Positions 10,135-19,655 of a stretch of DNA of 64,000 nucleotides are shown one piece after another. The notes beneath the pieces were generated by a model, which was not told the origin of the DNA, made no database searches, and saw only the letters and a program-made list of their open reading frames with translations. The position numbers and the translations under genes were made by a program. Source of the DNA: Candidatus Thorarchaeota archaeon (GTDB taxonomy: Archaea > Asgardarchaeota > Thorarchaeia > Thorarchaeales > Thorarchaeaceae); assembly GCA_011364905.1 (NCBI GenBank), contig RDNZ01000001.1:1-64000 (forward strand), read 5' to 3'. Positions within the stretch are counted from its first letter, which is position 1; every line of letters begins with the position of its first letter.

Positions 10135-10551
10135 TTGGAGGGAAAAAAAATAGCGGAAATTCCAACACCTACAACAGGTTATACAGGATCATCCAGCGAC
10201 AGACCTTTAGGAGTAACAATCATTGTAATTCTTGAAGTTCTTGGTGCGCTTGCCTACCTATTCACAGGGGCTATGGCCATTCTCGCTGGAGCGATGGTTG
10301 GCTCAATAATTCCGGGTTTGGGTGCATTCGCTGTAGCTATTGGAGCTATAGTGCTCATCTTCGGAATTCTCTATTTGCTCTTGGCATGGGGTCTATGGAC
10401 TCTGAAGTCATGGGCCTGGATGGCTGCAGTAATCCTGAATATCATTGGATTGATCCTTGGAATACTCCAGTTCAACTGGATTGGCGTCATAATCAGCTTG
10501 ATTATTGTGATATACCTTCAACAAGGTGATATCAAAAGCCGATTCAGATAG
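10135..10551 (+). CDS. Small 4-TM membrane protein (RPxGVTI family)
   Basis: RPLGVTIIVIL, AWGLWTLKSWAW, C-terminal YLQQGDIKSRF; start uncertain (TTG 10135 or ATA 10150). Confidence 0.82.
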   Translation: MEGKKIAEIPTPTTGYTGSSSDRPLGVTIIVILEVLGALAYLFTGAMAILAGAMVGSIIPGLGAFAVAIGAIVLIFGILYLLLAWGLWTLKSWAWMAAVILNIIGLILGILQFNWIGVIISLIIVIYLQQGDIKSRFR

Positions 10552-10577
10552 GAAAACTGTAATCAATGAGAGTTTTC

Positions 10578-10614
10578 TCCGGATTCTTTTGAATCCGGAT
10601 GCTCTTCTTTTTTT
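10578..10614 (+). terminator. Hairpin plus T-tract terminator
   Basis: TCCGGATTC-TTTT-GAATCCGGA followed by CTCTTCTTTTTTT, 26 nt after the stop codon. Confidence 0.65.
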
Positions 10615-10666
10615 ATTTAAAGACGCTATTTTAGATAAACATCGTATCAGGATTGTTGAAACAGTA

Positions 10667-11533
10667 ATGACACATTTACCTATAATAATCGTACATGGCG
10701 GCGCTGGGAACTGGAAAGATGATCGAATCCCAGTTGGAGTAGAACATGTCCAGAACGCAGCGAAGTCAGGATTCCAGGCACTTGCAGAGGGGGGTTCTGC
10801 AATCGATGCTGCAGAAACATGCACAATGTACATGGAAAGTTGCGGGGGTCTCAATGCAGGGAAAGGTGCTCGACCCAACCAAGATGGCTTGTTGGAATTA
10901 GATGCTATGATCGTGGATGGCAAGAATCTTCAGTTTGGATCGGTCGCCGCTATAATCGGAATACAGAATCCCATATCTCTGGCACGATACATCATGGAGA
11001 AAACAGAGTACAACTTCTTTGCAGGAGAGAATGCAAAGAGAGTGTATGAAATGATGATCAAGGAAGGATTCAGAAAAGAGATTGAGAAAGGAGTTGTGAA
11101 GGCACCGAAAATTTCTCCAGCGGGGGACACAGTCGGTTGTGTGGTTGTTGATGAGGAAGGTAACATAGCTGCGACCTCTTCTACCGGAGGCATTTCAAAG
11201 AAGCTCCCTGGCAGAGTGGGAGATAGTCCGATTATGGGTTCCGGAGCGTATGCAAATGAAACATGCGGCGCTACAGCAACAGGCTATGGAGAGCACATAA
11301 TGAGAGTTGTCTTAAGTAGAATGACAGTGCTTTATGTTGAAGAAGGCTTAGACACCCAATCTGCTGCTCAGAAGGGCATAGACATGTTCCAAAACAAGAC
11401 AGGTAGCGAGGCTGGAATCATTGTGGCAGATAAAAATGGGCATTTTGGATTCGCCACAAACGCAAAAGCAATGCCGACCGCAATAATTCAACAGAAACTA
11501 AGCAACCTTGTGACACATACTTGCTTGAAGTGA
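10667..11533 (+). CDS. iaaA: Isoaspartyl peptidase/L-asparaginase (type 2, Ntn hydrolase)
   Basis: IIVHGGAG, LELDAMIVDG, autoproteolysis site GD/TVG, TSSTGG, GRVGDSP, ATGYGE; start moved to ATG 10667. Confidence 0.92.
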   Translation: MTHLPIIIVHGGAGNWKDDRIPVGVEHVQNAAKSGFQALAEGGSAIDAAETCTMYMESCGGLNAGKGARPNQDGLLELDAMIVDGKNLQFGSVAAIIGIQNPISLARYIMEKTEYNFFAGENAKRVYEMMIKEGFRKEIEKGVVKAPKISPAGDTVGCVVVDEEGNIAATSSTGGISKKLPGRVGDSPIMGSGAYANETCGATATGYGEHIMRVVLSRMTVLYVEEGLDTQSAAQKGIDMFQNKTGSEAGIIVADKNGHFGFATNAKAMPTAIIQQKLSNLVTHTCLK

Positions 11534-11919
11534 AGCCAATTTTTCCTTAATAAGGCGGTTCTATCAACGCGGCGTAGAACTTGTCCTTTTTGTTCTAAAG
11601 CAAATGCGGGACTAGAATCAAATTACATGGAGGGAGAGTAAGTATCCTCTTTGTATGGATTGAATCCGCGATGCCCATGATCCAGCTAAATAAATCTAAC
11701 GAATATAGTTGCTACGAAACCACTCCTTATATTCAATCTAATATGAAACTTACACACGTTGTTAGCATCGCTAGCACAGACCCGGAAAAGGCATAGGAAT
11801 CGCGCATTGAAGCTCACAATCCACAGCTTTCTCGTATTCAGTGCATCCATTCTCGTGTTGGAAAAATTCTCGCAGCTTTTTCTGGGTCGCCAATTTTTGA
11901 ACTATTCATGCTTGCAGAA

Positions 11920-12375
11920 TCAAACATAGCTGCTTTCGTCAGGACCCTTGCCTATTAGCTGTTCTAGAACCATATCATAATCGTTGTATGATCTAAGTCC
12001 GGGAATTTTTCCAAGGGGTTTACCATCTTTGAAAGCAATGACCATCGGGACTGATTGCACACCGAACTGCGACGTTGTTCGCCGGTTTAGGTCAATATCA
12101 ATCTGGGCGAAGAAAACCTTGCCTTGATAGTCTTGGGCAAGCGCTGAAAAAATAGGCGCCAGAGTCTTGCAAGGACTACACCACTGACCAAAGAAGTCAA
12201 CAATCGCGAACTTCGTCTTCTGAATAGTAGACCAGAAATTAGCATCTGTCAAGAGGTTGACTCGTCCATTAGCCATTGGTTCCATTTCCTTAGGCTTTTC
12301 GGCTTCTCGCGCTCGCTCCATCAAGATCTTCATCTTTCTGCGGCGAATCTCCTCTAATTCATCATCATTCAGCAC
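11920..12375 (-). CDS. trxA: Thioredoxin with N-terminal DDELEEIRRRK helix
   Basis: WCSPCK active site; GVQSVP cis-Pro loop. Confidence 0.9.
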   Translation of the reverse strand: MLNDDELEEIRRRKMKILMERAREAEKPKEMEPMANGRVNLLTDANFWSTIQKTKFAIVDFFGQWCSPCKTLAPIFSALAQDYQGKVFFAQIDIDLNRRTTSQFGVQSVPMVIAFKDGKPLGKIPGLRSYNDYDMVLEQLIGKGPDESSYV

Positions 12376-12588
12376 GAGAACACCTCTGATGGTTGTGAGT
12401 TTTTGCGATTTGTTCTCTTAAAACGTTTGTGCAAACTGCATGCACAACCGAATTGTGGAGTGAGTATTCACATGCTCTTGGCTTGTAGAACAAAGCCGCA
12501 TGGATTGAAATGGTCTTGAAGTCATGAACTTTACCCGCTTAGGTCTGTTTATATTCCGCTTACACATCGCCAACTTCGTGAGCTATTC

Positions 12589-13521
12589 ATGAGTGAGAAA
12601 CCGCCAAAAGGATCTCTCAAATACTATGGCATACTCATCATAGCAATGGCGTTCTGGGGAGGAAGCTGGCCCTCAGCCAAAATCATAGTGGGAATCTCAC
12701 CGCCAATGACTATAGGCTTCTTCCGATTCCTGTCAGCAAGTATTCTTTTCTCGATTCTTCTATTTGTCACAGAGCCTGAGCCAAGACGTATATTCCGAAA
12801 GTCAAATTTCAAAATTCTTTTCCTTGTCGGATTTACCGGCATTTTTGGCTATGGAGTTCTTTTTCTAACTGGAATGCGTTTCACAACGGCAACTCAAGGT
12901 GCAATCATCGCAGGATTCAATCCCGCAACAGTCAGCATAGTCGCACACCTCTACCATAAAGAACGACTCGCGAGGAGGTGGCAATATATTGGATTCCTTG
13001 TTGCTTTTCTAGGTGTCGTATTCGTTGTAGGAGTTCAAGCCTTACTGGAATTCAACTTGAATTATCTCATTGGCAATTTGATAATTCTCGGCGCGATGTT
13101 CACATGGGGCCTTTACTCATCCATAGGGAAAGAGGCGATGAAGAAGCTCTCTCCTCTTGAAGTGACTGCAGGTGGTTCAATCATTGGCACTGTTCTGTTT
13201 GGAATGGGCGCATTGACAGAAGAAGTCTGGACTCTCCCTGCGCTGGTAAATCCAGTTTTCTGGTTGAACATTCTCTATCTTGGTACTTGCGTGACATTCA
13301 TTGGTTTCTTATTCTATTTTACAGGCATCAAAGAACTTGGCGCGACACGGGCAGGGGGTTTCATCAATCTTGTACCCGTTTTCGGAACCATCTTTTCATT
13401 TCTAATACTAAATGAGATCATATACTGGACATATGGAGTGGGTCTGATTCTTGTGGTGATTGGAATTATTATCATCAATTATCCAATAAGGAGCGAAACA
13501 GCTATTGCGGAACAAACTTAA
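12589..13521 (+). CDS. DMT/EamA family transporter
   Basis: About 10 TM helices; FWGGSW..AK, FFRF, GATRAGGFINLVPVF. Confidence 0.92.
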   Translation: MSEKPPKGSLKYYGILIIAMAFWGGSWPSAKIIVGISPPMTIGFFRFLSASILFSILLFVTEPEPRRIFRKSNFKILFLVGFTGIFGYGVLFLTGMRFTTATQGAIIAGFNPATVSIVAHLYHKERLARRWQYIGFLVAFLGVVFVVGVQALLEFNLNYLIGNLIILGAMFTWGLYSSIGKEAMKKLSPLEVTAGGSIIGTVLFGMGALTEEVWTLPALVNPVFWLNILYLGTCVTFIGFLFYFTGIKELGATRAGGFINLVPVFGTIFSFLILNEIIYWTYGVGLILVVIGIIIINYPIRSETAIAEQT

Positions 13522-13574
13522 CACCGTTGAATCCTGCAAAGACCCAAATTCAAACACCATGAAGGGTAGCAACT

Positions 13575-15089
13575 ATGGAAGCATATGACGATCTGATGAA
13601 GAGGAGGAAGGAGTATATAGTCCTCGGCAGTGCCTACTCAATAGTCCAATGGGATTACGAAACCTATATGCCACCGAAAGGATTGATGTTGAAGAGTGAG
13701 CAATTATCACTATTGCAGCAGATTCTTCATCGAATGGGCACCAATCCAGAGATTGGAAAACTGCTTGATGAGCTAGAAAAGAATCGGAAGAAACTGAGTG
13801 ATGTTCAGAAACGAAATGTCTTCTTAGTTCGTAGGGAGTATGACAAAGAAACCAAGATACCAGAGGACTTAGTTGCTAGAATTGGAAAACAGACTCCAAT
13901 TAGCTTAGAAACTTGGAAGAAAGCAAAAGCATCAAACAATTGGAAACTCTTCGAACCTGAACTGCAGAAGACAGTTGAACTTTCAAGAGAGAGAGCAGAA
14001 ATTGAGATGCAAGTTAAGGGTATTCCGAATCTCTACGACAGCATGCTTGATGAGTATGAACGCGGCATAACATCCTCGGAGATTACCAAGGAATTCAGCG
14101 AGTTGAGAGCACGACTAGTGCCGCTTGCAAAGAAATGTGCTGAAGCCTCAAAAGACTTTGACTCATCCTTTCTGAGCATGGAAATACCAATCAATATCCA
14201 ACGAAAAATAGCAGCTGACTTGACTACAGTTCTGGGATACGATACAGTCAGCGATGAAGCCGGTGGTAGAATTGATGAGGTAGAACATCCGTTCACAACA
14301 GGATACTATGATGATGTGAGAATCACTGTGAAGTATCATGAGAACAACGTAGCTTCTGCAATCTATGCGATTCTTCACGAGTCCGGTCATGCTCTCTATG
14401 AACAGGACCTGAATCCTGACTGGAAGTATACACCTGTTGGTGTGGCTGCATCATTCGGGATTCATGAATCTCAATCAAGATTCACCGAGAATATGATTGG
14501 TCGGTCGCCTGAGTTTCTTACATTTTACCTTCCACGACTGAAGAAGTTCACAAACGGAGCTTTCCCGAGAGTAGATGATAGAACCTTCATCAAGGCTATG
14601 AACTTGGTCAAGCCATCTCTCATCAGAATTGAGGCTGATGAAGTGACCTACTCATTGCACATCATTGTCAGGTTTGAGATTGAACGTGATCTTTTCTCAG
14701 ACAAAATCACAGTCTCTGAATTACCACAAGTCTGGAACGAGAAGTACAGCGAATATCTGGGAATAGACGTCCCAGACGATACGAATGGCGTACTTCAAGA
14801 CACACACTGGGCTAGTGGATACTTTGGATATTTCCCAAGCTATGCGTTAGGAAACATTTACGATGGAATGTTTCTTGAGAAAATGAGAAAAGATATGCCA
14901 GACTGGCTTGAGGGCGTCGCTAAAGGAGAGATTGCCCCTGTCATCAATTGGTTGAAAGATAATGTTCATGTCGAAGCATCGATGTATGATCCCGCTGATT
15001 TGGTGAAAAGGGTCACAGGCAAGAGCCTCACAGCCAAGCCATTCTTAGATTATGTTGAAGCAAAATACTCAAAGTTATGGGGATTCTGA
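13575..15089 (+). CDS. Carboxypeptidase M32 (Taq-type)
   Basis: HPFT, DVRIT, HESGHALYEQ, HESQSRF, IRIEADE, GVLQDTHW, GYFPSYALG. Confidence 0.96.
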   Translation: MEAYDDLMKRRKEYIVLGSAYSIVQWDYETYMPPKGLMLKSEQLSLLQQILHRMGTNPEIGKLLDELEKNRKKLSDVQKRNVFLVRREYDKETKIPEDLVARIGKQTPISLETWKKAKASNNWKLFEPELQKTVELSRERAEIEMQVKGIPNLYDSMLDEYERGITSSEITKEFSELRARLVPLAKKCAEASKDFDSSFLSMEIPINIQRKIAADLTTVLGYDTVSDEAGGRIDEVEHPFTTGYYDDVRITVKYHENNVASAIYAILHESGHALYEQDLNPDWKYTPVGVAASFGIHESQSRFTENMIGRSPEFLTFYLPRLKKFTNGAFPRVDDRTFIKAMNLVKPSLIRIEADEVTYSLHIIVRFEIERDLFSDKITVSELPQVWNEKYSEYLGIDVPDDTNGVLQDTHWASGYFGYFPSYALGNIYDGMFLEKMRKDMPDWLEGVAKGEIAPVINWLKDNVHVEASMYDPADLVKRVTGKSLTAKPFLDYVEAKYSKLWGF

Positions 15090-15098
15090 TTAACTAAC

Positions 15099-15134
15099 AA
15101 GGCGTTCGCAATTGAACGCCTTCTCTCACTTTTT
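15099..15134 (+). terminator. Hairpin plus pyrimidine-tract terminator
   Basis: AAGGCGTTC-GCAATT-GAACGCCTT then CTCTCACTTTTT, directly after the M32 stop. Confidence 0.65.
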
Positions 15135-15188
15135 GCTAAGAGTTATCTTTGTTCATGCCAAACTTGAAAGTGAGGGTAACAACGAAAA

Positions 15189-15704
15189 ATGTCATCTGAT
15201 GAAACGGAGTCTGCAGGGTCGTACAACTATTGGCGGCCATTATTCGCAGTCATTAATTTCGGCGGTCTATTGTGGTATGGGGTAGGTCGGATGAGTCCCA
15301 CCGCCGGACTATGGGATTTCATTTTTGTCTTTGTTGGCTGTTATTTCACCTTGAAGTTTATCCGATATCTAACAAAGGCATATCAGCTGAAACAAACAAG
15401 GATTCAACCAAGTACCATGATGGGGTTTCCGAGCAAGGGGATCTACGCAAGAATCAGACAACCAGTAGCTTCTGCATTTATTTACATGAATCTGGCTTAT
15501 GTCTGCTTTTATAGGACATTCGCAATGATTCCAGTGGTTGTTGTTTTCATAGCCCTTTGGTACATGCTTGCTCGGTACGAGGATCAAATGCTGCTCTCGA
15601 AATTCGGAGATGAATACGAGGAGTACATGAAATCTACCGCCTTAGTCAGAGGGGGTTCTGATGAACAACAAAGACTGGCTTCATCAGGTTATGACATGTA
15701 CTAG
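15189..15704 (+). CDS. ICMT/PEMT-family membrane methyltransferase-like protein
   Basis: GIYARIRQP (canonical RHP is altered), EDQMLLSKFGDEYEEYMK. Confidence 0.78.
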   Translation: MSSDETESAGSYNYWRPLFAVINFGGLLWYGVGRMSPTAGLWDFIFVFVGCYFTLKFIRYLTKAYQLKQTRIQPSTMMGFPSKGIYARIRQPVASAFIYMNLAYVCFYRTFAMIPVVVVFIALWYMLARYEDQMLLSKFGDEYEEYMKSTALVRGGSDEQQRLASSGYDMY

Positions 15705-15710
15705 CTCATT

Positions 15711-16466
15711 CTACGCCTTGATTTGAGGTGCAGGCAGTGTTATCTTCGATATCTCATAAGAGGCGCTTAGAAACTCAACATGGCCACTGATTAAGTTTAC
15801 ATCCCCTCCGAGGTCATCTAGATGGAACTGAGCTATGCTAGTTTCCCCTCCGCCTATGGTTCCAAGTCGCTGCATTCGAAATGAGTCTGTTGAGGTGTTA
15901 ATATCTGCTGGCAAGTCAAGGTCAACAACGACCATGTCAATCTGATGACTACTTCGGTTATTCACAATTACTTCAAGAGTCAATTCATCTCTCGAACGTT
16001 GTAAAAACGACTGAACTTTGACGCCAAACTCCTCAACAATGGCTTGTTTCTTGTCTCTTTTTTCTTCGACAGCTGGCTTACTTGCACGTGGTCCCTGTAC
16101 TGCAGGTCTCTGTTCTCTGGTTCTAGTATCTCGAGTTGCCACCTGACGCATCGGCTGTGGTTTCTGGCCCCCCATTATCCAACTTAGAAAGCTTGGAACT
16201 TCATAGACGACATATACAAGCCCAGCGACGATCATTGCTGTCCATATGAGCGTAAAGAGAAATCGGTCCCGGAAAATGGGATCCTCGAATACTCTCCAGA
16301 CCGGCTCAAATATCCCTCTAACAATTGGACCAAGAATAGGACCAAGGAAGTCCTCAAGCTCTTGCCAGAATTCCATACTAAATGTAGTGAGATGCTGAAT
16401 CCCGACTGCAAGACCTATCGTGCCTAGTATGGATAACGTTTTGATGCCTCCAACCATGATTCCCAT
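15711..16466 (-). CDS. Membrane-anchored protein with C-terminal Ig-like beta-sandwich
   Basis: N-terminal hydrophobic helices, charged/Pro linker, beta-rich domain (LTLEVIVNN...LGTIGGGET..AQFHL). Confidence 0.7.
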   Translation of the reverse strand: MGIMVGGIKTLSILGTIGLAVGIQHLTTFSMEFWQELEDFLGPILGPIVRGIFEPVWRVFEDPIFRDRFLFTLIWTAMIVAGLVYVVYEVPSFLSWIMGGQKPQPMRQVATRDTRTREQRPAVQGPRASKPAVEEKRDKKQAIVEEFGVKVQSFLQRSRDELTLEVIVNNRSSHQIDMVVVDLDLPADINTSTDSFRMQRLGTIGGGETSIAQFHLDDLGGDVNLISGHVEFLSASYEISKITLPAPQIKA

Positions 16467-16534
16467 CTTACTCGCATTAAGTAATCGTTTCTATGGTTGG
16501 ATTTACTCTCGAAGCGTTATTAATCTTGCAACCT

Positions 16535-17347
16535 CTATTTTGGAAGTGAGAAAACCTCTCGGAATGTGCTACTCTTGTAGCATGCTTTGATACACTTTCC
16601 ACAGACATCCTTCTCAATGCCCTTGGATCCTAGAAAACCTATGTATTTCCTGCAATTCTCTCTATAATCCGGCAAGATATCTCGATTCTTGATGAAGCTG
16701 CATACTTCCTCGCAAGCTCTACAATTACCACATTTAGATTCGGACTTTTCTCCCCACTTCAAAGGATATGGAACAATAATACTTGCAAACCTTATCGCAC
16801 AACTGTACTTCTCATGAATCATTAACTGATTTTTCCCTCTCCATCCAACCCCTGAGTTCTCAGCAACAACTCGATGCGATATGACCATTCCGAAGTAGTC
16901 CTTCACATGAGAAACTTTGCTTGCCATTCCCCCGATGGTCGCTGCGAGAGGTATTCCATTGAACTCCTCAGCAATGTCCTTTGATGTCTGATTAAGAAGT
17001 TGATTGAGTCGATCGTATTCCTGGGCATATTTATTCCAAAGTTCGTAATCTGGCTGCTTATTGATTTTGGAGTCTATGCATTCCATGATTGGATCACGAT
17101 AAGCAATTCCGATACTAATCATTGAGCCTTCATTTAGCAATATATCAAGTTGAGACCCAACTGTTGTTTGGAGTCTTTGTTGTTGGATAGGCATTAGCTC
17201 ATTAAAGACTGACCTAAAACTCGTAAATCCTATGTCCCCTTCTTCCCCCTGCGACACCAGTAATTGATTAAAGAATGCCTTGATTTCTTTTGTGCGGTTC
17301 ATTGTCGCGCTAGGATCTGTCATCAGCTTTGAACCTCTTAGGGGCAA
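16535..17347 (-). CDS. Epoxyqueuosine reductase (QueG)/reductive dehalogenase-like Fe-S protein
   Basis: ISHRVVAENSGVGWRGKNQL, IRFASII, CGNCRACEEVC and CGKCIKAC; true start probably ~17323 or 17302. Confidence 0.8.
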   Translation of the reverse strand: MPLRGSKLMTDPSATMNRTKEIKAFFNQLLVSQGEEGDIGFTSFRSVFNELMPIQQQRLQTTVGSQLDILLNEGSMISIGIAYRDPIMECIDSKINKQPDYELWNKYAQEYDRLNQLLNQTSKDIAEEFNGIPLAATIGGMASKVSHVKDYFGMVISHRVVAENSGVGWRGKNQLMIHEKYSCAIRFASIIVPYPLKWGEKSESKCGNCRACEEVCSFIKNRDILPDYRENCRKYIGFLGSKGIEKDVCGKCIKACYKSSTFREVFSLPK

Positions 17348-17511
17348 TCAAGAATACACTATGTTTTGGCCTTATTGAAAAGTGCATTCATTGGGCAGAG
17401 ATGAATGTTTAGACTTTCATAATTTCTTTATCAGATAAGCCGAGAGACAAAAGGATACACCCAAAAGATGATGAGTTATGGAATAGCCAAACAATGAGTC
17501 AGTGATAGTCG

Positions 17512-18393
17512 ATGCTTAGGTATGAAGGTGGCATTTGGAGACCCCCAAGCGAAGCAAGAAGCCTCATTCTCCAGGCAACAGTTGGTTGTTCCCATAATGC
17601 GTGCATTTTTTGTGTTTCCTACAAGAATAAGAAATACAGAGTGCGAGGTGCGGCAAATGTCAAATCTGACTTGGATTCGCTTCCTCAAGACTACAAGCGA
17701 ATGGTTCGTCGTGTCTTTTTGGCTGATGGGAATGCATTGGCTATGACCACTAATGACCTCATTGATACACTAGATGTAGTCAAATCAGAACTACCGTATC
17801 TGGAACGTGTTGGCGTCTATGGCTACGCAAAGGACGTTCGTGACAAGTCTTTGGGTGACCTGATAAAGCTCAAAGATGCTGGACTGGGGATTGTTTATCT
17901 TGGACTTGAAACGGGAGATGATGCACTACTCCGTTGGTGTCAAAAGGGAGTGAATTCGCAAGAAAACATAGCAGCCTCCAAGAAAATTCGCGAAGCGGGT
18001 ATCCCCTTGTCGCTGACAGTCATACTCGGACTTGGAGGTCTCGAAAACTCTGAGCGACATGCCAAGGCAACTGCAGAAGTTCTAAACAAAATCGATCCCG
18101 AATATATCGGCGCTCTTACTTTGATGACTCCTCCTGGAACACGGATAAGTGAGATGGTTCAAAATGGGGAGTTTGAGCCAATGGATCCGATGGATATTCT
18201 AAAGGAGTTGAAAACCCTGGTCGAGAATCTCGACCTGTCGAGTTGTGTGTTTCGAACTAATCATGCCTCAAATTATCTCCCGATTAGAGGAACGCTAAAT
18301 CGGGATAAAGAAGATATTTTGAAGGTTCTATCGAGTGTATTAGAAACAGAGGATTCTTCCAGTCTTCGACCTAGCTATTTACGAGGATTATGA
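17512..18393 (+). CDS. Radical SAM protein
   Basis: RPPSEA, GCSHNACIFC (CxxxCxxC), VFLADGNAL, YLGLETG, FRTNHASNY. Confidence 0.92.
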   Translation: MLRYEGGIWRPPSEARSLILQATVGCSHNACIFCVSYKNKKYRVRGAANVKSDLDSLPQDYKRMVRRVFLADGNALAMTTNDLIDTLDVVKSELPYLERVGVYGYAKDVRDKSLGDLIKLKDAGLGIVYLGLETGDDALLRWCQKGVNSQENIAASKKIREAGIPLSLTVILGLGGLENSERHAKATAEVLNKIDPEYIGALTLMTPPGTRISEMVQNGEFEPMDPMDILKELKTLVENLDLSSCVFRTNHASNYLPIRGTLNRDKEDILKVLSSVLETEDSSSLRPSYLRGL

Positions 18394-18508
18394 ACACAAC
18401 GGATACAGAAATAATGAATAACTATCTCGCCCCTAAAAACGAAGACATGCTCCAGTTTCAGACCAAATAAAAAGAGTGGCGTCAACAAATTCAAGTAAAA
18501 GAGTGAAT

Positions 18509-18539
18509 TCATCCCGTCTTGAATCAGTCAACGGGATGA
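18509..18539 (-). terminator. Hairpin downstream of the dsrEFH-DUF22 operon
   Basis: TCATCCCGT-N13-ACGGGATGA inverted repeat, followed on the minus strand by CTCTTTT. Confidence 0.6.
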
Positions 18540-18555
18540 TTTCTTAGTTCCACTA

Positions 18556-18957
18556 TTACTTTCTAGGCACTATCAAAACTTGTCCAAGAAGGTCTCCCTT
18601 AAGGACTGAGGCTTTTATCCTGGATTGAAACACAGACATGTCCGCTGTTCTATCCTCGTCAGGCCGTTTGAACTCTTGAGAGCCAATGCACGATAGGTGC
18701 CCCATGCCATTAACACCATAGAAGGACTGAACGATTACTGAATTGGCTGATATCTTAATTGGACTGATTGGCACAAACTTAGACTCTCCCTCTGCAAATG
18801 CAACCTTATCATTTGCCACAACAGGCACCAATCTCACGTTTGACCAGTCCAAAGATAGCGTTCTTTCGTCCATTCCCTCAACTGCTGTCCTCACACGGTC
18901 CATTCCCATGCTGTCTAGTTCTCGACTACAGCTAATAACATAGATTTTCTCCGACAT
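18556..18957 (-). CDS. DUF22-like protein
   Basis: PVVA...GESKFVPISPIKISANSVI...GHL...KGDLLGQV pattern recalled for the archaeal DUF22 family. Confidence 0.65.
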   Translation of the reverse strand: MSEKIYVISCSRELDSMGMDRVRTAVEGMDERTLSLDWSNVRLVPVVANDKVAFAEGESKFVPISPIKISANSVIVQSFYGVNGMGHLSCIGSQEFKRPDEDRTADMSVFQSRIKASVLKGDLLGQVLIVPRK

Positions 18958-18980
18958 TGATCTTCACCTTTACATTATCA

Positions 18981-19280
18981 TTAAAATGAGATGACTTTAT
19001 CGTATCTCTCCATGAGTAGGTCAATTATCTCAGGATAATCCACTTGGTGCACATCACCGACCAATCTTGCTCCAATCCCTCGCTCTTCTACGTGGTGTCT
19101 TGAGGCGTAAACCTTGGCATTGAGGTCTTCAATCTCAGCAGAGTGGGGGCAGCCTTTGTCAGCAAGGTAGACTCCGTCCTGTACTAGGAGTAGATCTGTG
19201 TCAATGCCTTGATCCTTCAATGCAATTACGACTTCTCTTACACTTGTGCATTCATTTGATAACCAAATTAGATATTTCAT
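18981..19280 (-). CDS. dsrH: DsrH/TusB family sulfur relay protein
   Basis: LLLVQDGVY, VEERGI, VDYPEIIDL; third gene of a DsrE-F-H triplet. Confidence 0.85.
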   Translation of the reverse strand: MKYLIWLSNECTSVREVVIALKDQGIDTDLLLVQDGVYLADKGCPHSAEIEDLNAKVYASRHHVEERGIGARLVGDVHQVDYPEIIDLLMERYDKVISF

Positions 19281-19292
19281 TATGATTTCCTC

Positions 19293-19643
19293 TTAAAATG
19301 TTATAACAATCTCATTCTCAACGAACGCCTTTGCAACGTCACTCTCTTCAAGGACTTCTACATTATCAAAAATCTCATCAGGAGATATGTTTCGTTCATC
19401 GATAGATTTTTTGCTTGCACAGATTCGGCCATCGAAGCTCTCGAATGTCGACTTGAACATCCGGATATGCATTATATCTTGGTTTTTCATAAGACCGTAA
19501 ACGCCATCACCAATGAAGAGCAGTTGAGGCTGATGGTCCATTCCAAACATGCCAACTGCTGCACGCCATCCCTCTGCAGAAACAATCTTTCCAAATGGTC
19601 TGTTTGTCACAAGCACTAAAACTGGTCTTTCTGTAAATTCCAT
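19293..19643 (-). CDS. dsrF: DsrF/TusC family protein
   Basis: RPFG, LLFIGDGVYGLMKNQ, SIDERNI. Confidence 0.82.
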   Translation of the reverse strand: MEFTERPVLVLVTNRPFGKIVSAEGWRAAVGMFGMDHQPQLLFIGDGVYGLMKNQDIMHIRMFKSTFESFDGRICASKKSIDERNISPDEIFDNVEVLEESDVAKAFVENEIVITF

Positions 19644-19655
19644 TTGTTATCACCC

